Shown: positions 39,875 through 50,023 of the stretch, in pieces
Layout: the number at the start of each line of letters is the position of its first letter
Position numbering within the stretch: the stretch's first letter is position 1
Assembly (NCBI GenBank): GCA_037190965.1
Contig: JBBCKI010000002.1
Coordinates: forward strand, 82,543 to 146,542
From: Chthoniobacteraceae bacterium
Lineage (GTDB): Bacteria; Verrucomicrobiota; Verrucomicrobiia; Chthoniobacterales; Chthoniobacteraceae
Direction: 5' to 3'
DNA: 64,000 nt
Position numbers and translations under genes: made by a program
The notes under the pieces: generated by a model
The model's input: only the letters and a program-made list of their open reading frames with translations
Databases searched by the model: none
What the model was told of the DNA's origin: nothing

Positions 39875-41854
39875 GTGAGCAGCTACCAGGTTTTTGCCCG
39901 TAAGTACCGTCCGCAGACCTTCGACTCCGTCGTGGGGCAGGAGCATATTACCCAGACGCTCAAGAACGCGATCGCGGCCAACCGGTTGGCTCACGCCTAT
40001 CTTTTTGTCGGCCCGCGCGGCACAGGCAAGACCTCCACGGCGCGCATTCTCGCGAAAGCGCTCAACTGCGTCCACGGCCCCACGGTGAACCCGTGCGGAG
40101 AATGCGATGTCTGCCGCGAGATCGCCGCAGGCAACTCCCTCGACGTGCTGGAGATCGACGGCGCGAGCAACAACGGAGTGGAGCAGGTGCGCGAACTGCG
40201 GGAGAACGTCCGTTTCGCTCCGACGCGAGGCCAGTACAAGGTCTACATTATCGACGAGGTGCACATGCTCACCACGGCGGCCTTCAACGCCTTGCTCAAG
40301 ACGCTTGAGGAACCGCCCGAGCACGTCAAATTCATCTTCGCGACAACCGACGTGCAGAAAGTGCTGCCGACGATCCTCTCCCGCTGCCAGCGGTTCGATC
40401 TCCGGCGCATTCCCGCTGAATTAATCGCGGGACACCTCGGCTATATCGCCCGGGAGGAACAGATCGATCTCGACGGCGACGCCGCCCGCACCATCGCCAA
40501 AGGCGCGGAAGGCGGATTGCGCGATGCCGAATCGATGCTCGACCAGCTCGTGGCGTTTTGCGGCGAGAAGATCACCGAAGCGGACGTCCTTTCCGTCTTC
40601 GGCTTCACTGCTTCAGAAACCGTCTCTTCGCTTTGCGACGCGTTGCTCGATCAGGACTCATCGGCGGCGCTGAGCGTCGTCCAGCAGCAGGCCGAAGCGG
40701 GGCGCGATTTGAGCCGCCTCATGGCGGACCTGATCGGCCACCTCCGCAATCTTCTCGTAGCCAAGGCGGATCCGGAGGGGATCAAAGCGGAAGTCGGCGA
40801 GGAGGAATTGGCGGTTTTGCAGGATCAGGCGGCTCGGATCGGCCTCGACCGGTTGCTTGATCTCATCGAACAGTTCGCTTCGGCGGAAGGCCGGATGAAA
40901 TGGGCTCCCAACAAGAAGCTCCATTTTGAGATCGCCGTCATCAAAGCCATCCAAACGCTTGGCCAAGCCACGCTGACGGAAGTCATCGACACCCTCACGG
41001 CCATCCGTACTGGGGGCGAGCTTCCCCCTGCCCCGGTGAAGCCGCCCAAACGCGAAGCGCCTCCGCGGCCCACGCCCGCGCCAAAACCGGTGGCCGTCGC
41101 AAAACCGACGCCTGCGCCTGCTGCCAAGCCAACACCCGCTTCCGTTCCAGCGCCCGCGCCGGTGCGCGAGCCAAAGCCGGAGCCAAAGCCGGAACCCACA
41201 CCTGAACCCAAGGCGGAAATGCCACCGGAGCCCAAAGCTCCCGAGCCGATCCAGCCTGAACCCAAGCCGCTGCTTCGCGAGGAAGAGGACCTTGCGCCCT
41301 GGGATGAACGTCCCGTGCCCCAGCCTCAGTTCACACCGGAGCCGCTCCCCGACTTCGGCAGCCTGCCATTGGAAGCAGCGACACCGGAACCTGAGCCCGA
41401 ACCGGAACCCGAGCCCGAGCTCGTGAAAGCTCCCGCAGCCGTCCAATCCACCCCCGCGCCCGCGGCCTCCGGTGACCTCATGGGGATATGGATCAAGGTT
41501 TTGGGAGAAATCCGGGCCAAAAAGCCGCTATTGCGCGTCTGGGTCGAAGCGGGAACGCTTCTGAGCCTTCAGAACGGCACCGCGCTCATCGCCTTCCCTG
41601 AAGACCAGGCGTTTGCGATGGAATCCCTTTCCAACAAGCCCGCCACCCGTAGATTCCTTGAGGAGACCCTGACCGCGATCATCGGCAGCCCCGTGGATCT
41701 GAAATTTGAGAAACGGGCGGGATTGAAGGTCGAAGCGGTGGAACTTCCCGAAGTACCCGTACAGGCCCCGCCTGACCCGTTGGCCGAATTCAAAAACGAC
41801 CCGCTGATCCGGCGGGCACTCGAACTCTTTAAAGCGGAAATTCAACAGAGCTGA
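39875..41854 (+). CDS. dnaX: DNA polymerase III subunit gamma/tau
   Basis: ARKYRP, GPRGTGKT, IDEVHML, SRCQ; Pro/Glu-rich linker; GTG start. Confidence 0.96.
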   Translation: MSSYQVFARKYRPQTFDSVVGQEHITQTLKNAIAANRLAHAYLFVGPRGTGKTSTARILAKALNCVHGPTVNPCGECDVCREIAAGNSLDVLEIDGASNNGVEQVRELRENVRFAPTRGQYKVYIIDEVHMLTTAAFNALLKTLEEPPEHVKFIFATTDVQKVLPTILSRCQRFDLRRIPAELIAGHLGYIAREEQIDLDGDAARTIAKGAEGGLRDAESMLDQLVAFCGEKITEADVLSVFGFTASETVSSLCDALLDQDSSAALSVVQQQAEAGRDLSRLMADLIGHLRNLLVAKADPEGIKAEVGEEELAVLQDQAARIGLDRLLDLIEQFASAEGRMKWAPNKKLHFEIAVIKAIQTLGQATLTEVIDTLTAIRTGGELPPAPVKPPKREAPPRPTPAPKPVAVAKPTPAPAAKPTPASVPAPAPVREPKPEPKPEPTPEPKAEMPPEPKAPEPIQPEPKPLLREEEDLAPWDERPVPQPQFTPEPLPDFGSLPLEAATPEPEPEPEPEPELVKAPAAVQSTPAPAASGDLMGIWIKVLGEIRAKKPLLRVWVEAGTLLSLQNGTALIAFPEDQAFAMESLSNKPATRRFLEETLTAIIGSPVDLKFEKRAGLKVEAVELPEVPVQAPPDPLAEFKNDPLIRRALELFKAEIQQS

Positions 41855-41857
41855 TCT

Positions 41858-42169
41858 ATGAACATCCAGAAGATGATGAAACAGGCGCAGAAGATGCAGG
41901 AGCAACTTGCGCGCACCCAGGAAGAACTCGCCGACAAAACCGTGGAAGTCTCCGCCGGCGGAGGCAAGGTGACCGTGGTAGCCACCGGCGCCGGGGATGT
42001 CGTCTCCATCAAGATCAGCAAGGACATTGTCGATCCTGAAGACGTGGAATTCCTCGAAGAACTCGTTCTGAGTGGGGTGAAACAAGCCATCGCGAAGGGG
42101 AAGGATCTCTCCCAGCAAGAGATGGGCAAACTTACCGCGGGGCTTGGCCTTCCGCCAGGGCTCCTCTAA
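41858..42169 (+). CDS. ybaB: YbaB/EbfC nucleoid-associated protein
   Basis: MMKQAQKMQ, AGGGKV, DPEDVEFLEELV; follows dnaX. Confidence 0.93.
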   Translation: MNIQKMMKQAQKMQEQLARTQEELADKTVEVSAGGGKVTVVATGAGDVVSIKISKDIVDPEDVEFLEELVLSGVKQAIAKGKDLSQQEMGKLTAGLGLPPGLL

Positions 42170-42259
42170 TCATCACCCCGGAGGGCACGCGCTTTCCTTG
42201 CGGATGCCCGGCGTTGATTCAACCGCCGGGCTCGCAGGTCCGCACCCTCTTCCCCATCC

Positions 42260-43429
42260 ATGGATTTTAACCGTTACATCGCCAACCACGTTCGCGACAT
42301 CCCGCGCTCGGGCATTCGCGACTTCTTCGAGGTCGTCCAGACCATGTCGGACGTCATCTCCCTCGGCATTGGAGAGCCTGATTTCGACACCCCGTGGCAC
42401 ATCCGGGAGGCTGCCATCTACTCGCTCGAACAAGGCCGCACCGGCTACACCTCCAATCTCGGCTCGCCCGAGCTTCGGGGCGCCATCGCCAAGTACGTCA
42501 AAAAGACCTTCAACATCGCCTACGAGCCCAAGAGCGAAATTATCGTCACGGTCGGCGTCTCGGAGGCAATCGATCTTGCCCTGCGCGCGCTGCTCAACCC
42601 GGGCGACGAAGTGCTTTACCACGAGCCGTGCTATGTCAGCTATTCGCCGAGCATCGTGCTCGCCTTCGGCATCCCGGTGGCCATCGCCACCCGGCCCGAG
42701 GAAAACTTCCGCCTGACTGCCGAAGCCGTTGCCGAGAAGATCACCCCACGCACCAAGGTGCTCATGCTCAACTTCCCGACGAACCCAACGGGTGGCACGC
42801 AGACACGCGAGGAGTTGGAAAAAATCGCCGCGCTTTGCATCAAGCACGACATCATCGTGCTCTCCGATGAAATCTACAGCGAACTGACCTACGACGGCGC
42901 GGAGCATATTTCGATTGCCTCCATCCCCGGCATGAAGGAACGAACCGTGTTCCTTCACGGGTTCTCGAAGGCGTTCGCCATGACCGGCTTCCGCATCGGG
43001 TACGCCTGCGCGCCCAACGCGCTCACCGAGGCGATGATGAAAATCCACCAGTACGGCATTCTCTGCGCCCCCACCACCGCGCAGGACGCCGCGCTTGAGG
43101 CGCTCGAAAACGGAGCCGACGAGATGGAGCGGATGCGCAAGGAATACGAGGCCCGCCGCAACTTCATCGTCCGCAGCTTCAACGACCTCGGCCTGGAATG
43201 TTTCAAGCCGCTTGGGGCTTTCTATGTTTTCCCTCGCATCTCAAGCACAGGCTTGACCAGCCGCGAGTTTTCACTCGGCCTGCTGGAAAAAAAGAAAGTC
43301 GCCGTCGTTCCCGGCACCGCCTTCGGGCCCGGCGGAGAAGGGTTTGTCCGTTGCAGTTATGCGACCGGCATGGACCAGATCAAAGTCGCGATGAAGCGAA
43401 TCGGCGAATTCATCCGCGAGATCAAATAG
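42260..43429 (+). CDS. Class I/II PLP-dependent aminotransferase
   Basis: GEPDF, NPTG, DEIY, SKAFAMTGFRIG. Confidence 0.93.
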   Translation: MDFNRYIANHVRDIPRSGIRDFFEVVQTMSDVISLGIGEPDFDTPWHIREAAIYSLEQGRTGYTSNLGSPELRGAIAKYVKKTFNIAYEPKSEIIVTVGVSEAIDLALRALLNPGDEVLYHEPCYVSYSPSIVLAFGIPVAIATRPEENFRLTAEAVAEKITPRTKVLMLNFPTNPTGGTQTREELEKIAALCIKHDIIVLSDEIYSELTYDGAEHISIASIPGMKERTVFLHGFSKAFAMTGFRIGYACAPNALTEAMMKIHQYGILCAPTTAQDAALEALENGADEMERMRKEYEARRNFIVRSFNDLGLECFKPLGAFYVFPRISSTGLTSREFSLGLLEKKKVAVVPGTAFGPGGEGFVRCSYATGMDQIKVAMKRIGEFIREIK

Positions 43430-43451
43430 ATCCAGGTTCAAGCAATCCAAC

Positions 43452-43490
43452 AGCCGCCCGGGGAGTCTCAACGCTTCCGGGCGGCTTTTT
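43452..43490 (+). terminator. Intrinsic terminator
   Basis: AGCCGCCCGG/CCGGGCGGCT stem plus T-run. Confidence 0.85.
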
Positions 43491-43515
43491 GCATTTCAAT
43501 ATCCGCCGCTTCCCT

Positions 43516-43676
43516 TCTCGTTCTTTCCCCTCTCAATCTCCAGATTGGGAATGCCCTTGTCTTCGAATCTCTGATTCGAAAGCCTTGTTATCTCGGGCAG
43601 GGTGCCGGAACGGACAGGATTGCGAAACTGGAGTTTCGAAGACACAGGCGTTCCCAAACAGAGTTTAGGAACGAGG
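43516..43676. repeat. Family B, copy B3
   Basis: All four hairpins; short insertion in the left end. Confidence 0.9.
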
Positions 43677-43700
43677 CGGATTCGGCAAAGACTTCAGCAA

Positions 43701-45572
43701 CTAAATCAGATACTCAGCCTTTGCATAATCGCCCGACTTGATCTGCGCAGGGGTGACATCCAGACGGGCGAAACGAAGGAAAAATCCCCAGGCTTGGCCG
43801 CGATTGATATCCATCGCGATCCGGACCTCATGCATCCCGGCAGCAAGCGACGCCTTCTTGCTGCTTTCGTCGGCATAACAAGGATTGGTTCCGTTGAGAT
43901 CCTTGAAGAACGGCTTGCCGTTGAGCCACAGGCGAAAAGGCCCGTCATAACCCATCAGAAACTCAAGCCGCATCGGTTCCGGCAGGCAAAGCCTGGCTGA
44001 AAAATAGGCAAGCCCAGGCTCGCTCTCCGCCCACCGGGGATTCTCGTTGACGAAACCCGCAGGCTCTTCGTTGTAAGTCCTGATTGTCGCGCCAGGGGCG
44101 TCGACATCCGGCAAGCCGATCTTCCCGAGAGAAGCGGAAGTTCGGTCCACCTCGGAAACCTTCCACGTTGTCACAAAGGGGAGGAACGCCTTCGGCTCGG
44201 TCAAAGCAAAAGGCCCAAAGACCGGCAAGGAAAAGCCCCGGCCATCGATGATGTTGCAACGCGGTGTCACGCCGTGCCCATAAGAAATAAATACCGGCGG
44301 CGTTCCACCCCGGGTCCAATAGATCTGCGCGGTATCCCCTTGAAGGGCGATCCTGAAGATCGAGGGAATCTCTTTGCCGTAACTGTCCAGCAAAGCAAAT
44401 CCGCTCGGAGAGCCCGCCGAATGAAGCCCTTCGACCCCATTTTCGAACTTCACCTCGAACATGGAGCCCGTCGTCAAGTGGCGAGGCGTGATCTTGCCGA
44501 GTTGAGGGGGACGATCCTCCCGCAAATTTCCCAGCACCATTCGATCCGCGACGCGGGCAAAACGCTTTGCCAATACCGGGAAGGAATCCGCGCCAATGTG
44601 AATGCAATCGTCAAGTTCGAGGTCGATTGCGGCAACGGTCTCCAGATTCTTGATTTGACGCGGCAACAGGCGTTGCTGCTCCTGGATGGAATTCCACGCC
44701 CGCGCTCCCTCCTCGGGGCGCCCCTCGATCACGCGCGCCAACTGGACGATGATCCACGGGAGTTGCGGCTGGCGCAGATCCCGGCGGGTCGCCGATACCA
44801 ATCGCTTCATGCGATCAGTATAGAGAGGAGCCGCGCCAACAGTGGCATCACTCTCGCCCTGGTACCAGAGCACCCCCGCGACCGGCTGCCCGGTGGCCTT
44901 CACCGAAGCCAGCATCGAAGCATAGAGCGACTCTCCCCCGAGACTCTTTCGCTCCGGATTCCATTGGTTCATGCTGGTTCCGCCATGCGCAACACAGATC
45001 AACCCTTGCGGAACCCCGGAGCGCTCCACCATCTCGCGACCAAAAAACAACCCCACTCCAACCCCTTTGACGGCGGATTCGCGCAACCGCTCTCCCTCCT
45101 CGGGGCTGCACTGACTGCCCCCGTGGTGACAAAAGTCCGGTGACTCCCCCAGCACATGCAACGGCTCAACCGCCCGCCGCCATTCCCGCCGCATGGAAAA
45201 AGCACGGACCAATGGATGCGGCTTGGCCGCGCCCTCGCGATTGCCACAACCCTGCATGTTGCTCTGCCCCGACAGAATCCAGACATCCCCGACAAAAAAC
45301 TCTTTAACCCGCGCCGTCTCTCCCGCCTTCGAGCGCAATTCGAGCCGGTAGGGTCCACCGGCAGGAATTCCGGAAAGCTCGGCGGAAAACCGCCCGCGCG
45401 AAACCGCCCCCACCCGCCGCGCATTCCAGCCCTTGAGCACTCCTGCGGCGTTGGAAATCGTTGCGAACAAAGGACCGTCCTCTCGCGCATCGCCGGAAAC
45501 GACAACAATCGCTCCCTTTCGCCCCAGCCGTTGCAAAACCTGTCCCTCAACAAGACCGTCAATCAGTTTCAT
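43701..45572 (-). CDS. Sialate O-acetylesterase (SASA)-family carbohydrate esterase with extra C-terminal domain
   Basis: SGQSNM, WYQGESD, DCIH; ATG at 45572. Confidence 0.85.
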   Translation of the reverse strand: MKLIDGLVEGQVLQRLGRKGAIVVVSGDAREDGPLFATISNAAGVLKGWNARRVGAVSRGRFSAELSGIPAGGPYRLELRSKAGETARVKEFFVGDVWILSGQSNMQGCGNREGAAKPHPLVRAFSMRREWRRAVEPLHVLGESPDFCHHGGSQCSPEEGERLRESAVKGVGVGLFFGREMVERSGVPQGLICVAHGGTSMNQWNPERKSLGGESLYASMLASVKATGQPVAGVLWYQGESDATVGAAPLYTDRMKRLVSATRRDLRQPQLPWIIVQLARVIEGRPEEGARAWNSIQEQQRLLPRQIKNLETVAAIDLELDDCIHIGADSFPVLAKRFARVADRMVLGNLREDRPPQLGKITPRHLTTGSMFEVKFENGVEGLHSAGSPSGFALLDSYGKEIPSIFRIALQGDTAQIYWTRGGTPPVFISYGHGVTPRCNIIDGRGFSLPVFGPFALTEPKAFLPFVTTWKVSEVDRTSASLGKIGLPDVDAPGATIRTYNEEPAGFVNENPRWAESEPGLAYFSARLCLPEPMRLEFLMGYDGPFRLWLNGKPFFKDLNGTNPCYADESSKKASLAAGMHEVRIAMDINRGQAWGFFLRFARLDVTPAQIKSGDYAKAEYLI

Positions 45573-45720
45573 GAAGTTATAATGATTGAGCGCCATTCGT
45601 AGCTGCAACGGAACTCATTACAACTCGAAATGCATGGAATCTTTGGGAGGCGACCCAGCCCCCCGAAGATCAGAAAAACCGCCGCAATGGCTAACCCGAA
45701 ATCCGGGTTCTTGTCCCCAC

Positions 45721-46764
45721 TTACAGCTTCACCGGCAGCCCCTTCTCCGCCGCTTCGTAAATCGCGAGAATCAGGCGGACAGCATTGCGGGCGTCTTCAC
45801 CCTTGATCAGCGGGGCGCGGCCCTCGCGGATGGAATTGGCGAGATCCTCGATTTGGAGGCGATGCCCTTCGATGCTAATCGCCTTGGGATCGCTCGCGCC
45901 GGAACCGAGCTTGGCCGCTCCACATTCGGCGAGAATCGCCTGATCTTCATCCTGCTCCTGAGCAAACTTCCAGAAGACGATCTTCCCGTCCTCCAACACT
46001 GCCGACCCCTTGTCTCCCGAAATTTCGATGCGGGTGGAAAAACCGGGCCACGTCGCGGTCGAGGCTTCGATCACCCCCAATGCGCCGGAAGGATATTTCA
46101 ACAAGGCTACGGCGGTGTCTTCGACCTCGATGCGCTCATGCGCGAGGGTGTCGATCCGTGCCTGAACTTCGGCAGGCATCCCGACCAGCCATTGCAACAG
46201 GTCGAGCCCGTGAATGCCCTGGTTGAAGAGAACCCCGCCGCCGTCGAGCGCTTTTGTGCCGCGCCAGGCTCCCTGATCGTAATACTCCTGCGAGCGCCAC
46301 CACTTGATATAGCAACTCGCCAGCGTCAAACGGCCAAACCGCTCCTGCTCGATCGCGCGCTTGAGACGCCCCGCCCCTTCCCCGAAGCGCATCTGGAATA
46401 CCGCCGCGAGATTCCGCCCGCTTGCGCGGGAGGCTTCGATGATTGAATCCACCTTCTCCAAAGTGACATCAAGCGGCTTTTCGCAAATGAGATGCTTGCC
46501 TGCCTGCAGAAGCGGTACGGCGACTTCCGCATGGCTGCCGCTCGGCGTGGTAATGCATGCCGCGTCGAGCCCCGGCAGGGCGATGAATTCCTCCAGCGAG
46601 CCGACGGCGACTGTCTCATGACGCCGGGCGAACTCGGCAGCCTTTTCCGGCGAACGGCTGTAAACGCCGATCAACCGGGTTCCCGGTACGGCAGCGATGG
46701 CCTTGGCATGAAAATCGGCGATCATTCCCGTGCCGACGATTCCGAAATTGATGACTCTGCTCAT
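45721..46764 (-). CDS. Gfo/Idh/MocA family oxidoreductase
   Basis: GTGMIA, CEKP, NQGIHGLD. Confidence 0.93.
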   Translation of the reverse strand: MSRVINFGIVGTGMIADFHAKAIAAVPGTRLIGVYSRSPEKAAEFARRHETVAVGSLEEFIALPGLDAACITTPSGSHAEVAVPLLQAGKHLICEKPLDVTLEKVDSIIEASRASGRNLAAVFQMRFGEGAGRLKRAIEQERFGRLTLASCYIKWWRSQEYYDQGAWRGTKALDGGGVLFNQGIHGLDLLQWLVGMPAEVQARIDTLAHERIEVEDTAVALLKYPSGALGVIEASTATWPGFSTRIEISGDKGSAVLEDGKIVFWKFAQEQDEDQAILAECGAAKLGSGASDPKAISIEGHRLQIEDLANSIREGRAPLIKGEDARNAVRLILAIYEAAEKGLPVKL

Positions 46765-46776
46765 AATGAAAGATTT

Positions 46777-47943
46777 TTAGCAGCCGGGAAGATGCCAGTC
46801 TTCAGGACCAATGGCAATCGGAAGACCAAGACGGGCAGACTCCAGGAACTTCACGGCGATGCGGTTGACCGGGATGGAGCTCTCCACATCGCACGGGTTC
46901 GGGCCGTTGCCTTCGAGATGCGTCACAAACCGGTCGAGTTGACTGGCGTGTCCTTTGATCACGTTGATCCAGCGAACGTTGCGCCCCTCCTCGCGGGCGG
47001 TTTTGTGTTCGGCTTCCATCTCCTCGAAATATCCGTCAATCCCCTCTTTCTTCGCCCAGGAAGCACTGGGATCGTAAGGAAACGCCTGCTTCATCGGCTC
47101 GTCGGGCAGCCCGCACTGCCGGACTTCGATGTGGTGATCGAGGGCGAGGCTGACGTGGTTCGCCGTCACTTCGATCAGTTCCTTTGGATAATCGAAACTG
47201 CCGACAAAGGTGTGGTGCAGATTGGCGATGGACCCGTCCGCAAACCGGAGCATCAGGACGAAATTCCCCCGGACGGACCCTTCGGCGAACACCCGCACCG
47301 GCGGCGACGGATGCAGCCAGAGCGCGAGATCGATGAAATGAACCATCTCCGCGAACATGATCCCGTCTTCATCCCAGAAGATCCAATCCTTCCAACTCCT
47401 CACGTCGTCGTTGACCCGCATCAGGAGCAGCGTCTGGCTCTGCTCGGGGAGCGGCTTGCGAGTCGGATCGCGATCGACGGAAGGCCGCACCGACGAAACG
47501 GAGGAACGCGCCTTGTCCAGCAAGCGCTTGAACTCCAAGACCGCCGGGGAAGAACGCCGGTTATGGCCGACGCAAACGGGGATCCCGGTCTCGCGGGCGG
47601 TGCGGACAATCTCGATCATCTCTTCGCGGCGCGCGGAGAGCGGCTTCTCCGTATAGACAGGCTTTCCGGCGCGAAGCGCGGGAATAATCAGGTCGCCGCG
47701 CACGTTGGTATGGGTCGCCAGCACGATGAAGTCGACATCGTCGGCTTCGATCACCCGCCGCCAGTCGCTTTCCGCGCGGTCGGCGCCAAATTTTTCGCGG
47801 CACATCTGCGCCGTCGCGGGATCCACATCGCACGTTACCGCCAGGTGCAGCCGGGGATTGTTTTTGATATTCGGGAGATGAACACTTTGCGCGAGCATTC
47901 CACAACCAACCACGGCGACTCGATGGATCTTCACGGGATTCAT
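46777..47943 (-). CDS. Gfo/Idh/MocA family oxidoreductase
   Basis: GCGMLA, TEKP, GHNRR, HFIDL. Confidence 0.9.
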   Translation of the reverse strand: MNPVKIHRVAVVGCGMLAQSVHLPNIKNNPRLHLAVTCDVDPATAQMCREKFGADRAESDWRRVIEADDVDFIVLATHTNVRGDLIIPALRAGKPVYTEKPLSARREEMIEIVRTARETGIPVCVGHNRRSSPAVLEFKRLLDKARSSVSSVRPSVDRDPTRKPLPEQSQTLLLMRVNDDVRSWKDWIFWDEDGIMFAEMVHFIDLALWLHPSPPVRVFAEGSVRGNFVLMLRFADGSIANLHHTFVGSFDYPKELIEVTANHVSLALDHHIEVRQCGLPDEPMKQAFPYDPSASWAKKEGIDGYFEEMEAEHKTAREEGRNVRWINVIKGHASQLDRFVTHLEGNGPNPCDVESSIPVNRIAVKFLESARLGLPIAIGPEDWHLPGC

Positions 47944-48141
47944 GGGATATGTTGACTGCCGCAGGATTCCACCGAACGCAACATAAATTCACGGAATGAC
48001 GCCCGCTTGCATCAATAGTTTATTTCCGCGCGAAAAGGCTTCACCCCCGAGGTAACCACCCAGTATACTTAAGGAGACGCGGACTGTGCCAATCCGCCCC
48101 GTTTTACACCCGATCGCCGATTGCCAATTTCCTTGATGTTC

Positions 48142-49407
48142 ATGAAATCCGAAGTCCTTAGCGCCTCCGTCGAGTTTATCGATCGCACCCTCAGTCATCC
48201 CCTCCAGCTAAGTTCCGGGTTGATCACCGAAATTACCGAAGCACAAGCAACCGTGCATGTGCGGATTGACAGCAGGGAAGCAATGGGCGTCGGCTCCATT
48301 TATCTGAGCGATCTCTGGGCATGGCCCGACCCCACCCTTTCGCACGCTTTCCGGGATGAACAAATGCGAGCCCTTTGCCGGAATATCGCGGAGAACCTTC
48401 CGCAGTGGTGCCAGCCCGCCGCGCATCCGCTGGAACTGGGTTTGAGGCTGCACGATCGCGTCTGTCACGGCAATGAGGCTCTCCCTGTTCTGGCGAGAGC
48501 CCTCTGCATGAGCCCGTTTGACGCCGCCATTCACGATGCCACGGGCCACGCCCTGCATCGCTCGGCTTTCTCTTTCTACAACGGAGACCTCGCGCTGCCT
48601 GCCGTGGACGGTTATTTCAAAGGCGGCAGTGCGTGCCACGCGATCCGCCAATGTCTGAACCCGCAAAACGAACTTAAAGTGTCGTTGGACGCATGGTGGA
48701 TCGTCGGCGCGAAGGACGCCCTCCCCTCGGCGTTGGAAGACCCGATCCGACGCGGCGGTTACCGTGGCTTCAAGATCAAGCTCCTGGCCAAAAGCGTCGA
48801 TGAAGATCTCGGCCGAACGATCGCGGTTTTCGAGGCCGCCAAGGGCCTCGGCGCAGAGCCCCGGTTGAGTCTCGACTCCAACGAGGGTAATAAAGACTCG
48901 GGCGAGGTGCTCGAATTCCTGGAACGCCTGCGCGCCGTGAGGCCCGACGTGTTCGAAGCCCTCGAATACCTTGAGCAGCCGACCGGCCGGGATATCACCG
49001 TCCATTGCCATGACTGGCGCAAGGTCTCGGAGCTAAAGCCCATTTTTCTCGATGAAGGCTTGACCGATTTAAGCCTCCTTCCGCTGGCCAAGGAGCAAGG
49101 CTGGAGCGGCCTTGCGCTCAAGACCTGCAAAGGCCACAGCTTCACCCTGGTGGCCGCCGCGTGGGCCCACGAACAGGGAATTCCCGTGGCGATGCAGGAT
49201 TTGACGAATCCGGGCTATGCCGCCATTCACTCCTACCTGATCGCGGCGCACCTCGACACGATCAACGGCATCGAGTTGAACTCGCCCCAATACACCCCAA
49301 ATGCCAATCAAGCCTGGCTGCCACGCCGCAGCGATCTCTTTTTGATCACGGACGGGAAGCACCGTCTCCCCTTGAGGTCCCTTATCGGCCTGGGCTCCGA
49401 TCTGTGA
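48142..49407 (+). CDS. Enolase-superfamily (mandelate racemase/muconate lactonising-like) enzyme
   Basis: KIK, DSNE, EQP, DE, LKTCKG; start 48136 or 48142. Confidence 0.8.
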   Translation: MKSEVLSASVEFIDRTLSHPLQLSSGLITEITEAQATVHVRIDSREAMGVGSIYLSDLWAWPDPTLSHAFRDEQMRALCRNIAENLPQWCQPAAHPLELGLRLHDRVCHGNEALPVLARALCMSPFDAAIHDATGHALHRSAFSFYNGDLALPAVDGYFKGGSACHAIRQCLNPQNELKVSLDAWWIVGAKDALPSALEDPIRRGGYRGFKIKLLAKSVDEDLGRTIAVFEAAKGLGAEPRLSLDSNEGNKDSGEVLEFLERLRAVRPDVFEALEYLEQPTGRDITVHCHDWRKVSELKPIFLDEGLTDLSLLPLAKEQGWSGLALKTCKGHSFTLVAAAWAHEQGIPVAMQDLTNPGYAAIHSYLIAAHLDTINGIELNSPQYTPNANQAWLPRRSDLFLITDGKHRLPLRSLIGLGSDL

Positions 49408-49440
49408 CTAGGCTGTGTTGTTTACGAATTGAGAAAAAGT

Positions 49441-49588
49441 GAGCCTTCGGCTGCAAGGATTGCGGCGTCGCGGAGCTCCGCCCTCCGTTAGAGGGTATTT
49501 CAGACTGGAAGCTTTCGCCCTGCGCGCGCTTGCCGCGCGGTAGATGGAGGGCGGAGTTCCACGACGCCGCCTTTGGCCATAGGCCCTC
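49441..49588. repeat. Family C, copy C2
   Basis: Same arms, inner GCGCG hairpin and TTGGCC..AGGCCCT tail as C1. Confidence 0.85.
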
Positions 49589-49608
49589 TATTTCTTCTCT
49601 AAAATGAA

Positions 49609-49655
49609 TTTGGCCGGTCCGTCCGGGAATCGCTTTCCCAAACAAACCGGCCAAA
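49609..49655. terminator. Hairpin between convergent genes, possible terminator
   Basis: TTTGGCCGGT/ACCGGCCAAA with inner GGGAA/TTCCC. Confidence 0.5.
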
Positions 49656-49668
49656 ATGCTGACTGAGC

Positions 49669-49968
49669 TTACCGCCAGTTCGCCGTATCGTAAGGCCCGT
49701 AGGGCCATGGACGCTCCCAACTCCGGGTCATCGGATTATAATACCGATCGCCCGGGGAAGTGATGCAGAGCGGCCGGCTGCGGATCATGCAGGATTCGCC
49801 CACCGGTTCCACCCTCCGGACGACGCGCGAGCGATAGACGCCAGGGCATTCCGTCTGGATCGATTCTCCGATGATTTCCCGCTCCCCGACAGGGCATGCA
49901 CAGCCCGCAAGCAGCATTGCTCCCGCCAACAGGGGGAGCCCAACCCCGACCATTCCATTTGTTTTCAT
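49669..49968 (-). CDS. Small lipoprotein, PVGE family, paralog 1
   Basis: GGAGGAG SD, lipobox LAGC, two PVGE motifs, YNPMTRSWERPWPYGP. Confidence 0.8.
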   Translation of the reverse strand: MKTNGMVGVGLPLLAGAMLLAGCACPVGEREIIGESIQTECPGVYRSRVVRRVEPVGESCMIRSRPLCITSPGDRYYNPMTRSWERPWPYGPYDTANWR

Positions 49969-50023
49969 TGCTTCTCCTCCAAAGCCGACGGCGGGGTCCC
50001 GCAGGCCATGATATGCTATCGTT

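Noticed and set aside
41030..41420. Tandem DNA repeats in dnaX
   Set aside because: They encode the ordinary Pro/Ala/Glu-rich linker.
41516..41527. Possible dnaX -1 frameshift site
   Set aside because: The sequence is GCC AAA AAG, not the A AAA AAG heptamer, and I see no clear stimulatory elements.
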